Source: Candidatus Latescibacterota bacterium (GTDB lineage: Bacteria > Latescibacterota > UBA2968). Taken from it: a stretch of 64,000 bases of DNA. The notes under the pieces were generated by a model. The model searched no databases. It was not told where the DNA came from and worked only from the letters and a program-made list of their open reading frames with translations. Positions 37,193 through 45,815 of the stretch are shown in pieces (positions within the stretch are counted from its first letter, which is position 1; each line of letters starts with the position of its first letter). Position numbers and translations under genes: made by a program. The stretch is taken from contig OZ242320.1 in the NCBI GenBank assembly GCA_965208125.1, positions 2,144,001 to 2,208,000 of the forward strand, read 5' to 3'.

Positions 37193-40100
37193 ATGGGCGG
37201 TCAAAAAGTTTTGTTTTTTATGTGGATGCTCATTCTTTGCCTGAATGCCGAGGTTTTTGCGGGCGAGGCCAGGCATGTGTGGACGTCCTTTCGGCAAGAA
37301 GATGGACTGGCGCACAATGTGGTGACGGCTGTGGTGCAGACGCCTGATGGGGCGATGTGGTTTGCCACGCTGGGTGGGGTGTCGCGCTATGATGGGCGTT
37401 CCTGGGAGAAGTTTGGGGTTGAAGATGGGTTGCCGGGAAATGCTATTCAGGATCTGGTTGCCGCGCCCGATGGGGCATTGTGGGCTGCTGTGGGACGGGG
37501 TTTTGGTCGTGAAGCACGACAGGGACTGGCTTATTTTTTTGGCGAGGAATGGAGGGGGATTGATCTGCCAGAAGAATTGAGGGGTCGAGGGGGCTTGCGC
37601 CAGATTTTGGGGCTGGATGGTGGTCGCTCCTGTCTGGTGACCGATGCAGGTCACTTGTTGCGCTTTGATGGCGCAGATCTTTATTTGGTGATGTTAGATG
37701 GTCAGCCGCTTCAAGGTGTTCAGAGCTTGATGGCCGATGCAAATGGCAAAGTGTGGGTCGCTTATGGGGGGCGAGGGGGCAATGTTTTGTTTGGTCCTGG
37801 AATGGGACGGGGTGGACGCGGTGAACCGGGTGGCAGAGGCAGGCGCGGCGGTTTTAGAGGGGCAGACGGTCCTGATGGTCGTGGAGGGCGAGGTGAACCC
37901 GGTGGCCGGGGCGGGCGTGGTGGTTTGAGGGATATGGACGGTCCTGATGGTCGTGGAGGGCGAGGTGGAAGACCTGACGAGTTTGAGCAGGGTATGGGGT
38001 TATTGGATGTGGATACGGGGGAATGGACGACGATAGCAGATATGGATAGTTTGAGCAATGTATCTGTGTGGGCGATGGCGCAAAGTGACGATGGCGCGCT
38101 CTGGTTTGGTACCGATGATGGCGGGCTTAAGCGGTATTATTCGGGACAATGGGAAACATTTACAACTGAGGACGGGTTGCCTTCTAATCGGGTGCAGGTG
38201 ATCCGCTTTGCACAGGATGGAACGGTGTGGATTGGTACGCCGGCTGGCGCGGCTTTTCGAGATGCGGGCGGACAATGGCGAATTTTTACAGAGCGCGAAG
38301 GATTGCCCAATAGCTATGTGGTCGATATCTGTATTGCTGCGGATGGGGCAATTTGGGTGGGTACGCGTGGGGGGGTTGCGCGTTTGGGGCTTTCGGGGTG
38401 GTTGCACCACAGGAACTGGCCAGGGATGAATGATCGCGGTGCTTCGATTTTCGCGCTTGGTGAAAGTGGTCAGCTCTGGGTTGGCAATGATGCGATTTAC
38501 AAATTTGAGCGGGATTCCTGGCATGTGGCACATGGGTTAGAAGATGTGCGCGGGCGTTTGATCGATTTGTTTGTCGATGGAAAAGGACACCTCTGGACTG
38601 TAACGCCGTTTCAATTGTTGCGTTATGATGGCGAGGTATGGGAGGTGATAAGGCCCGATCGTCGAATGGGATTGGGATTTCGAGCCGTGTGCCCTGCACA
38701 AGATGGCGGCGTGTGGGCAATTACGCGCTCAGGTGTTCAGCGATTCGATGGGCAGGTATGGACGGCTCTGTTTTCCTCACAGGGAGAGAGCAATCCCGAA
38801 AGGTTCAGCATTTCGATTTGCGAGGCGAGCGATGGCAGTTTGTGGCTGGGACAGGTGGATGGCGTGATGCATCTGATGGATGGGAAGCAGCGGAAATACA
38901 CTGCTGCTGATGGGATACCCGGTGGGCCGATTACTGTGGTTGCCGAAGATATTGGTGGACAGATATGGATTAGTTCACTGCTCGAGGGTGTAGCGCATTT
39001 TAATGGGCAGCGATGGCGACGGGTTCCGGGCGCAGATCAGGCGCAGTTTAATGGGGTGAATCGGATATTTCCCGCCAATGATGGCAAGGTGTGGTTGGCT
39101 TCGCCGATTGATGGCGCGATTCACACCGATGGATTTGCCTGGGTGCGCTATACGATTCAAGAGGGGTTGCCGAGTACACAGGTTTGGGATGTGGCGCAAG
39201 ATGCCGATGGTTTGTTGTGGTTTGCGACGTCTGATGGGTTGGGCTGTTATGATCCCGATGGCGATGCGCCCGAGACACTTCTTTTGGCTCCGCCAGTTCA
39301 AATTGCGCCGTATCAAAATGCGTTGTTTGAATTTTCGGGGCAGGATGTGTGGAAGCAGACGCCAGATGGGTCATTGCAATATTCATGGCGGCTTGATGGG
39401 GGAGCGTGGTCCTCTTTTTCGCGCAATAACCGGGTTTTGCTGGAGGATCTGGATGCCGGCGATCACACATTTGAAGTGCGCGCTATGGATCTGGCTTTTA
39501 ATGTGGATAAGACGTCTGCTGTGCAGGTGTTTGAGGTGTTGGCACCTGTGTGGCAACGGCCCTGGTTTGTGGGGTTGAGTGGTGTTTCGTTGCTCATTGT
39601 GCTGGTCACGACGGGATATGCATTTCAAAAGCACAAGCGCTGGCGCATAGCACAGACGCAGTTGATCGATGAGTTGGAGACGGAACTTCAGGAAGCCCAC
39701 GATATGCAGATGGGTCTGTTGCCCCGAGATCCCGTGCGCGAGAGAGGGTTTGAGGTGGTGGGCAGGTGTTTGCCAGCCAATCACGTCGGTGGTGATTATT
39801 TTACGTATTTCTGGCTGGATGACGATCGGAAAATACTGGGGTTTGGAGCCGCAGATGTGTCGGGCAAGGCGATGCAGGGTGCTGTGCGGGCTATGCAATT
39901 GAGCGGGATGTTGCACTATGAGGTTCGCGCGGCACAGACGCCGATAGATGTGTTGCGGAATTTGAATCTCGTTTTGCAAGAGCAATTTGATGCGGCGAGT
40001 TTTGTGACGTGCTGTTTGGGGACGTTGGATTTAGAGACGGGAGAGATTGTTCTGGCCAATTCCGGGCATCCCTATCCCTATCGGGTGTCTGTGGGTGGTG

Positions 40101-40414
40101 ATTTGCAGATGATAGAATTGATGTCTGTGCCTTTGGGTATGACATTGCCGCCCGAGGTCGATACCGAGCCTAGAGAGGCGCGTGCGTTTTTGGATTTTGG
40201 CGATATGCTGGTGCTCTACAGCGATGGGGTGACGGATATGCAAAATGCCGCGGGAGAGTTTTACGAAGAAGCGCGGCTGGAGGCTTTGCTGAAAGAACAC
40301 GCGAGCGCAAGTGCCGATGGTTTGATCGATACGGTGATCGATGATCTGGTTCGGTTTCGCGCGTCGGCGGCACAGACAGATGATGTGACGCTTCTGGTTA
40401 TTAAGAGGCGTTAA
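37193..40414 (+). CDS. Beta-propeller sensor / Y_Y_Y / TM / SpoIIE (PP2C) phosphatase
   Basis: Repeated DGLPxN.V...DG.lW.gT; YSWRLDG; TM helix; VGGDYF, DVSGK, YSDG, DDVT. Confidence 0.9.
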   Translation: MGGQKVLFFMWMLILCLNAEVFAGEARHVWTSFRQEDGLAHNVVTAVVQTPDGAMWFATLGGVSRYDGRSWEKFGVEDGLPGNAIQDLVAAPDGALWAAVGRGFGREARQGLAYFFGEEWRGIDLPEELRGRGGLRQILGLDGGRSCLVTDAGHLLRFDGADLYLVMLDGQPLQGVQSLMADANGKVWVAYGGRGGNVLFGPGMGRGGRGEPGGRGRRGGFRGADGPDGRGGRGEPGGRGGRGGLRDMDGPDGRGGRGGRPDEFEQGMGLLDVDTGEWTTIADMDSLSNVSVWAMAQSDDGALWFGTDDGGLKRYYSGQWETFTTEDGLPSNRVQVIRFAQDGTVWIGTPAGAAFRDAGGQWRIFTEREGLPNSYVVDICIAADGAIWVGTRGGVARLGLSGWLHHRNWPGMNDRGASIFALGESGQLWVGNDAIYKFERDSWHVAHGLEDVRGRLIDLFVDGKGHLWTVTPFQLLRYDGEVWEVIRPDRRMGLGFRAVCPAQDGGVWAITRSGVQRFDGQVWTALFSSQGESNPERFSISICEASDGSLWLGQVDGVMHLMDGKQRKYTAADGIPGGPITVVAEDIGGQIWISSLLEGVAHFNGQRWRRVPGADQAQFNGVNRIFPANDGKVWLASPIDGAIHTDGFAWVRYTIQEGLPSTQVWDVAQDADGLLWFATSDGLGCYDPDGDAPETLLLAPPVQIAPYQNALFEFSGQDVWKQTPDGSLQYSWRLDGGAWSSFSRNNRVLLEDLDAGDHTFEVRAMDLAFNVDKTSAVQVFEVLAPVWQRPWFVGLSGVSLLIVLVTTGYAFQKHKRWRIAQTQLIDELETELQEAHDMQMGLLPRDPVRERGFEVVGRCLPANHVGGDYFTYFWLDDDRKILGFGAADVSGKAMQGAVRAMQLSGMLHYEVRAAQTPIDVLRNLNLVLQEQFDAASFVTCCLGTLDLETGEIVLANSGHPYPYRVSVGGDLQMIELMSVPLGMTLPPEVDTEPREARAFLDFGDMLVLYSDGVTDMQNAAGEFYEEARLEALLKEHASASADGLIDTVIDDLVRFRASAAQTDDVTLLVIKRR

Positions 40415-40415
40415 T

Positions 40416-40497
40416 GAAGTGTGAAGGGAGAAGTGTGAAGTAGGAAGAGCCAGAGAATAGCGATTGTCATCGCGGCATGCTTAAAGCCGCGATCCAG
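40416..40497. repeat. Heptamer arm plus CGTC-type REP
   Basis: gaagtgtgaagggagaagtgtgaagt; gtcatcgcggcatgcttaaagccgcgatccag (40466-40497). Confidence 0.65.
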
Positions 40498-40527
40498 GAG
40501 GTTTTTAGCTTTTGCGAGGGGGTCGGT

Positions 40528-42411
40528 ATGCGGATTTTTGTCGCGGTATGTGTTTTGATGGTGCTTCAGAGCAGTGTCGCATTGGCTCAGAATGAGGCTT
40601 CGTTTGGTGTGATGGTGGAGCCAAAGGCGGCGCGTGTTGGAGAGGCTGTTGCGGTGTGGATTGATGTGGATCTTTCCGATGATTGGCATATTTATTCGGC
40701 GACCACGCCGCCGGGTGGTCCCTATCCCACGGAGATTGTGCTGTCGGGCGAGGGGTTTCGGCAAGTGGGGGCGGTGATTCAGCCCGACCCTATTGTGGAG
40801 TACGATCCAAATTTTGAGATGAATGTGGAATATTACCATCCCAAAGTGCGATTTGAGGTGCGGGCAGAGGTGGGTGAGGGAATGCCGGGCGAGCGGGTGC
40901 TGTCGGGTGAAGTGATCTATATGCTTTGCAATGCGACGCAGTGTTTGCCGCCCAATACGTACGCATTTGAGATTCCCGTGATGGTGGAGGCGGGACCTGC
41001 GCGGGCTGAGTATGTGTTTTCTGCTGTTGAAGCGCCCGCTGTACCTCTGGATGGCACGGGCAGCGTGGCCGATGTTGAGCGTGCGATTACAGAGGGTTTG
41101 AGCGCGTTTTTGTACCTGTCTTTGTGGATGGGTTTTCTGGCTTTGCTCACGCCGTGTGTGTTTCCGATGATTCCCATTACGGTGTCATTTTTTACCAAGC
41201 AGGAAACGCAGAGCCGGAGGGAGTCTGTTACCAAGTCGCTGGCTTATTGCGGGGGTATTATTTTTACGTTTACCGGTCTGGGTATGGTGTTGGCGGCAAC
41301 CCTGGGCGCGTCTGGTGCGGCTCTGTTTGCGGCCAATCCCTGGGTCAATTTGTTGATTACTGCGATTTTTGTGGCTTTTGCGCTGGCGTTGTTTGGGTTG
41401 TTTGAAATTCGATTGCCCTACGGTTTGCTCAATAAGTTGAACCAGGTTCAGGGGGGAAGTTATGGCGCGATTCTAATTATGGGGTTCACGTTTTCTCTTA
41501 CGTCGTTTACGTGTACTGCGCCTTTTGTCGGCACATTGCTGGTGCTGACGGCTCAGGGAACGTGGGCGTGGCCCATTTTGGGCATGCTGGTATTTTCGGC
41601 TGCTTTTGCCTCTCCGTTTTTCTTTTTGGCACTTTTTCCACAGTCGCTTGCTGCTTTGCCCCAAAGCGGTGGTTGGTTAAATTCTGTGAAGGTGGTGATG
41701 GGGTTTTTGGAATTGGCCGCTGCGTTGAAATTTTTGAGTAATGTCGATCTGGTGTGGCAGTGGGGGATTATTTCGCGCGAGGTCTTTATCGCGGGGTGGA
41801 TCGCGATCTTTTTGCTGTGTGGTTTTTATTTGTTGGGAAAAATCCGGTTGCCGCACGATTCTGTGCTCGATACGGTTGGTCCGTTGCGTTTGCTGGCGAG
41901 TAGTGGATGTTTGGCTTTTGGGCTGTATTTGATGACGGGTCTTTTTGGCGCACCTCTGGGCGAATGGGACGCATTTTTCCCGCCTTATGGAAGTTATGGG
42001 GAAATTGCCAAGATAAGGAGCGGCGAACCCGAACTGACCTGGCGCGATGATTATGAAGCGGGTTTGGCAGAAGCAAAGACGACGGGCAAACCGGTATTTA
42101 TCGATTTTACGGGCTATGCGTGTACGAATTGCCGCTGGATGGAGGCGAATATTTTTCCAGAAAAGGAGGTACACGCGCTATTAAAGCAGTTTGTACGGGT
42201 TCAGTTGTACACGGATGGGCGAGGGGAAAAATACAAGCGCAATCGCGATTTGCAAGAGGCTCATTTTGGTACGGTTGCTCTGCCTTTGTACGCGCTTATG
42301 ACACCCGAGGGAAAAGAGATTACACATTTTCCGGGGATGACGCGCGATGTGGATGTTTTTGTCCGCTTTTTGAAACAGGGGATCAGTCCGACAGTGGCGA
42401 GTGTGGAGTAA
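40528..42411 (+). CDS. dsbD: Thiol:disulfide interchange protein DsbD
   Basis: WHIY, C....CLPP, LTPCVFPMIP, SFTCTAP, CTNC thioredoxin domain. Confidence 0.9.
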   Translation: MRIFVAVCVLMVLQSSVALAQNEASFGVMVEPKAARVGEAVAVWIDVDLSDDWHIYSATTPPGGPYPTEIVLSGEGFRQVGAVIQPDPIVEYDPNFEMNVEYYHPKVRFEVRAEVGEGMPGERVLSGEVIYMLCNATQCLPPNTYAFEIPVMVEAGPARAEYVFSAVEAPAVPLDGTGSVADVERAITEGLSAFLYLSLWMGFLALLTPCVFPMIPITVSFFTKQETQSRRESVTKSLAYCGGIIFTFTGLGMVLAATLGASGAALFAANPWVNLLITAIFVAFALALFGLFEIRLPYGLLNKLNQVQGGSYGAILIMGFTFSLTSFTCTAPFVGTLLVLTAQGTWAWPILGMLVFSAAFASPFFFLALFPQSLAALPQSGGWLNSVKVVMGFLELAAALKFLSNVDLVWQWGIISREVFIAGWIAIFLLCGFYLLGKIRLPHDSVLDTVGPLRLLASSGCLAFGLYLMTGLFGAPLGEWDAFFPPYGSYGEIAKIRSGEPELTWRDDYEAGLAEAKTTGKPVFIDFTGYACTNCRWMEANIFPEKEVHALLKQFVRVQLYTDGRGEKYKRNRDLQEAHFGTVALPLYALMTPEGKEITHFPGMTRDVDVFVRFLKQGISPTVASVE

Positions 42412-43674
42412 CTATCGTGCCAGGCCGATAAAAGTGCCCAGGGCGAGGGCAACGACGCCGAGTAGTGCGAGTAGAAGGGCACCAATGGCGATTTGAAGCA
42501 TTTGGGGTTCAAGGCGATTGAGATAGTTTTCGAGTGTTTCGATGCCCGAGCGCATAGCGCGTTCGATGGGGTCGGGGAGGTGCTTGACGAAGGGGATTTT
42601 TCGCCGAGAGATTTCGTCGATGTATTGAATATTTTTGATGTTGTGACGGGCGTTGAAGGTGTGTTCGACAAATTTGCGGATTGCAAAACGCTGTACCGGG
42701 TCGTGAATTTCGGATAGGCGAAGGGTTTGTGGATCAATGGTGTTGGATAGTTTGAAGCAGTGTGTGGTTTTGTCGGGGTCGTCCGGGTCGGGTTCGAGTT
42801 TGCCTTTGACGACGCGCCCCAATATGGTGAGGTCGTGATAGTTGAGGTAGTGATAGTGTCCGCCTTTTTCGCGGCCCAATAGGCTTTCAATGCGCTGGCG
42901 CAAGATATCGGGGTCGTCTTTGCTCTGGCGAAGATGTTCGGAAATTTTGATGTTGAAGCATTGTGCATAAAATTTGAGAAAGTCCCGGACAATGGGCGAG
43001 GTATAACTGCCTTTGGCGTTGATGAGACGACGCACAAAGCCGAGGTAACGGGGGTTTGTGTATAGTCGCGCGGCGATGTCGAATGAACCTCTGGTGAGTG
43101 CAGTTGATTCGCGTATATGTGTTTTGATGGCGGCGTCGATTTGCACGCTCATCTGGATCAGTGCGGCGTCTTCGTCGTCTTCCCGCACGATGGACCGGGG
43201 TGGGTCCTCGGGTTCGTCGCGGGCGAGAAAAGGTGCGGTTTCTCCCGAGGCAAAGCTGCCAAGCCCGCCTTCTATGCCCTGTCTGATCATGATTCGAGAA
43301 GCGGCTTCCTCTATTTCCGCTTCTGTTTTTTTTATGAGTTCTTCGGGAAGTTCTGTGTTCTGTTCAGGGACAAGGGCAGAGATGTTGTCTGCAAAGATTT
43401 GAACTTGAGATTTGTTGTTGAATACATTGAGATAGGGTTGTTGTATTGCTTCGGGCAACAGATGCTGTGTGAGGGTGTTGCCCTGCTGTCCTTTGAAGGC
43501 GGTGTAGAGCGCTTCGTGCAGTGAGGTGAAGGGAACCACGCGCGTTGCGACGAGTATGCGGTCTGCGCCATAGGTAAAGAGATAGAGATTTTCCCAATAG
43601 CACTTGCGGTAGTATGGCCGGTCGGTTCTGAAGGAGAAAGCGAAGCGGTATTTTGGATCGACAATGCGTTCCAT
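42412..43674 (-). CDS. Hypothetical protein with C-terminal TM anchor
   Basis: About 420-aa ORF with a hydrophobic C-terminus; start at MERIVD after AGGA. Confidence 0.7.
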   Translation of the reverse strand: MERIVDPKYRFAFSFRTDRPYYRKCYWENLYLFTYGADRILVATRVVPFTSLHEALYTAFKGQQGNTLTQHLLPEAIQQPYLNVFNNKSQVQIFADNISALVPEQNTELPEELIKKTEAEIEEAASRIMIRQGIEGGLGSFASGETAPFLARDEPEDPPRSIVREDDEDAALIQMSVQIDAAIKTHIRESTALTRGSFDIAARLYTNPRYLGFVRRLINAKGSYTSPIVRDFLKFYAQCFNIKISEHLRQSKDDPDILRQRIESLLGREKGGHYHYLNYHDLTILGRVVKGKLEPDPDDPDKTTHCFKLSNTIDPQTLRLSEIHDPVQRFAIRKFVEHTFNARHNIKNIQYIDEISRRKIPFVKHLPDPIERAMRSGIETLENYLNRLEPQMLQIAIGALLLALLGVVALALGTFIGLAR

Positions 43675-43733
43675 CGGTTCTTCCTGGAGAAACGGTTTCG
43701 GTACAACATAATACGTTATTTCGGAAGGTAACA

Positions 43734-45809
43734 ATGAACTATTTTCGGAGCAATCGGTTTCTCAATACACTGCCCGATTGGGAGATGGGTGAGCCGATAG
43801 AGGGTGCACTGGAGAGTTATTTGCCGCGCGTGCGCGCGCTGCTGCACCGCCTGGATAATCCCCAGGCGCGGTTCGATTCTGTTATTGTGGGGGGTACAAA
43901 TGGCAAGGGTACGGTGAGTTATTTGCTGGCGGAGTTGCTGCGGGCAGCGGGTTTTCGCGTGGGGCTTTATACGTCGCCGCATTTGCACACGGTGCGCGAG
44001 CGGATATGCGTTGATGGCGAGGTGCTCGCGCGCGATGTGTGGGCAGAAGGTGTGGCGCATTTTTACGAAAAGAGCCGCGATTTTGAGCGCGAAGGCTGGG
44101 GCGCGTTTAGCAAGTTTGAGGTGCTCACGGTTTTGGCGGCTCATCATTTTGCGCGGGCCAATGTGGATTGGGCTGTTTTTGAAGTGGGGCTGGGTGGGCA
44201 ATTTGACGCGACCAATGCATGGGATTCAAAAGTTGCTGTGTTGACGTCTGTTCATCTGGATCATGTGGATGTGTTGGGCGATACGCTGTGTGAGATTGCG
44301 GCGGATAAGGTACATATTGCGCGTTCGGGAAGGCCGCTGTTTACGGGGTCAGGGCAGGCAGCCGAGGTTTTGAAGTTGCTGGAAAGAGAATGTGTGCATC
44401 GGGGTGCGGCGTTGCATGTGGTCGATGCGGAGATGGGCGATATTGCGGATCGACCGGTTGCGTTTCGGGAAAATGCCGCGCTGTCGGTTGCTGTGGCGCA
44501 GCATATTGTAGATGGGTGCGGGATGGTGTTGCCAGATGAACGGGTGCGGAAAGTGATTTTGAATGGTTCGTTGCCCGGGCGATTTGAGGTGGTTCGGAAG
44601 ACGCCGCCTTTGATTTTAGATGGTGCCCACAATCCGGATGCGGTTCGCGCTTTGGTGCGCGATTTGCAAGTTCTATCGGATAAGTGGCGTTTTGTGGTGG
44701 GGGTTAATAAAGGGCACGACGCACGGGGTATTTTGCAGGCACTTTCGCCTCTGGCCGCCGAGGTTGTTTTGACGCAGTCGGCGCATCCCAAAGCCATTTC
44801 TGTGGCGCGTTTGAGATCGCTGGTTCCAGAGGGGCTGTGTGTGCGGTGTGAGACAGGAGGGTTGGATTTTTTGGCGGAGGTGTCCCGACAGCCTACGTGT
44901 GTACTCGGGTCGCTGCATCTGGTGGCGTTGGCGCGCGAGGTGTTGGATTTGCCCGGGGAGGTAGATAGTTTTGGCGAGGATGTGATTTTAGAGAGTTTGC
45001 GGTGTCTTGAGATCGCGTGTCGGCAGTTGGGCGTGGGGTATGAGGCGGTGTCCGCAGATGGCAATGTGATTCGGGTGGAGAGAGAGGGAAAACCGCTGTA
45101 TTTTTTGCGAAATAAACATCCGTTTAACGATTATGTTTCCGGGAAGTTGGCTGAAGATAAAGGGTATCAATACGAGCTGTTTGATCGGGCGAATATCGCT
45201 GTGCCCAGAACGATGACGGTGTTCAATCCCCTATCTGACCGGCGGTTTGATCGGTATAAGACGCATGCTTCTGTCGCAGATATTGTGAGCGATGTGGTGC
45301 AACACATGTCTTTTCCGGTTGTGGTGAAACGCAATCACGGCTCTATGGCACAGGGCGTGTATTTGGAGGCGAATGCAGAGGATTTGCAATCGCGTTTGCA
45401 AGCGTTGTGTGAAGAAAGTAGCCGATTTGACAATGTGTTGTTGATCCAGGCTTATGTTGAGGGACCTGAGTATCGCATTGTGGGCAGCGAAGATGAGTTG
45501 TTGCTCGCATACGAAAAGCAAAATGATTCAGATATTGAAGGAGAGGATATCAATCCGCTGCATCGGGCAGGGGGCAGGGCAGTTGCGGTCGTGGATGACG
45601 GATTGTTGGAGGATTTTCGCACTTTGACCCAGGCGTTAAATCGGGTGTTGGATTTGGGTTTTTACGCGATTGATTTGATCGCCGGTTCCAATGGGTATTT
45701 TGTTTTGGAAGTGAATCCCAATCCCATATGTTATTTTTATAACGCGGATAATGGGCGAGGCGATTTTGTGCAAATTTATCAGTATCTGGTGCAGAAATAT
45801 TTGCTGTAG
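43734..45809 (+). CDS. FolC-like Mur ligase fused to a C-terminal ATP-grasp domain
   Basis: GTNGKGTV, YTSPHL, FEVGLGG..DATN, PGRFE, DGAHN; then DK, FPVVVK...GS.AQGV, EYRI, LEVNPNP. Confidence 0.85.
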   Translation: MNYFRSNRFLNTLPDWEMGEPIEGALESYLPRVRALLHRLDNPQARFDSVIVGGTNGKGTVSYLLAELLRAAGFRVGLYTSPHLHTVRERICVDGEVLARDVWAEGVAHFYEKSRDFEREGWGAFSKFEVLTVLAAHHFARANVDWAVFEVGLGGQFDATNAWDSKVAVLTSVHLDHVDVLGDTLCEIAADKVHIARSGRPLFTGSGQAAEVLKLLERECVHRGAALHVVDAEMGDIADRPVAFRENAALSVAVAQHIVDGCGMVLPDERVRKVILNGSLPGRFEVVRKTPPLILDGAHNPDAVRALVRDLQVLSDKWRFVVGVNKGHDARGILQALSPLAAEVVLTQSAHPKAISVARLRSLVPEGLCVRCETGGLDFLAEVSRQPTCVLGSLHLVALAREVLDLPGEVDSFGEDVILESLRCLEIACRQLGVGYEAVSADGNVIRVEREGKPLYFLRNKHPFNDYVSGKLAEDKGYQYELFDRANIAVPRTMTVFNPLSDRRFDRYKTHASVADIVSDVVQHMSFPVVVKRNHGSMAQGVYLEANAEDLQSRLQALCEESSRFDNVLLIQAYVEGPEYRIVGSEDELLLAYEKQNDSDIEGEDINPLHRAGGRAVAVVDDGLLEDFRTLTQALNRVLDLGFYAIDLIAGSNGYFVLEVNPNPICYFYNADNGRGDFVQIYQYLVQKYLL

Positions 45810-45815
45810 GTGATT

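Noticed and set aside
37795-37985. Collagen-like domain
   Set aside because: The Gly-X-Y register is not sustained; better described as RGG-rich low complexity.
43734-45809. Cyanophycin synthetase CphA
   Set aside because: Domain order is reversed, the motifs are FolC-specific, the protein is shorter, and there is no cphB.
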